Assembly (NCBI GenBank): GCA_001600695.1
Contig: BCKQ01000001.1
Location: 1,668,557 to 1,675,904 of the forward strand
Length of the DNA stretch: 7,348 bases
Origin: Ascoidea asiatica JCM 7603
Taxonomy: Eukaryota > Fungi > Ascomycota
Direction of reading: 5' to 3'
The notes below the pieces were generated by a model that did no database searches, was not told where the DNA came from, and was given only the letters and a program-made list of their open reading frames with translations. A program made the position numbers and the translations under genes. Shown piece after piece: positions 7,233 through 7,348 of this stretch. The stretch's first letter is position 1. Every line of letters begins with the position of its first letter.

Positions 7233-7348
7233 TGTTACACATTGTCTATTAACTACTACTAATACTACTAATACTACTAATACTACTAATACTACTAATA
7301 CTACTAATACTACTAATACTACTAATACTACTAATACTACTAATACTA
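7201..7348 (+). pseudogene. Start-less fragment of a cell-wall/adhesin gene: flocculin type-3-like repeat plus Thr/Asn stalk
   Basis: Frame 1 reads EETVDGIVTSYVTHCLL-TTT-(NTT)n, resembling the TV[DN]G[VI]VTxYTTYCPL end of yeast flocculin type-3 repeats. The frame is closed upstream by TAA TAA at 7156-7161, with no in-frame ATG after them. Confidence 0.6.
7255..7348 (+). repeat. (ACTACTAAT)n perfect 9-bp tandem repeat, at least 10.4 units, running off the window end
   Basis: Directly visible; 94 nt with no mismatches. Confidence 0.97.

Noticed and set aside
7255-7348. Terminal repeat as a telomere
   Set aside because: The strand running toward the end is C/A-rich with no G, the wrong polarity for a right-hand telomere. 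It is in frame with a Thr-rich wall-protein repeat, so a coding-type minisatellite (possibly at an assembly break) is more likely.

Overview
Very AT-rich eukaryotic DNA that looks like a budding yeast (Saccharomycotina) genome; the species cannot be determined from this window. It holds the 3' two-thirds of the NAD-isocitrate dehydrogenase catalytic subunit gene IDH2 (1-702) and a 1142-aa Asn-rich Zn(II)2Cys6 transcription factor of the Mrr1/Hal9 type (1052-4480). The TF's short upstream region carries a dense CGG/CCG island and two identical ATG-AAG-TAA mini-uORFs. Beyond ~4500 the window looks like an accessory or decaying region. An orphan ORF (5656-6600) continues in frame past a single TAA to 6897. 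A heavily decayed, divergently oriented apparent paralog of it lies on the minus strand (~4720-5195); it is absent from the ORF track and was found by manual alignment. There is a further minus-strand fragment (6925-7232) and a start-less flocculin type-3-like repeat running into an (ACTACTAAT)n array at the window end. The best candidate for something undescribed is the head-to-head orphan gene pair; its function cannot be inferred from sequence alone.
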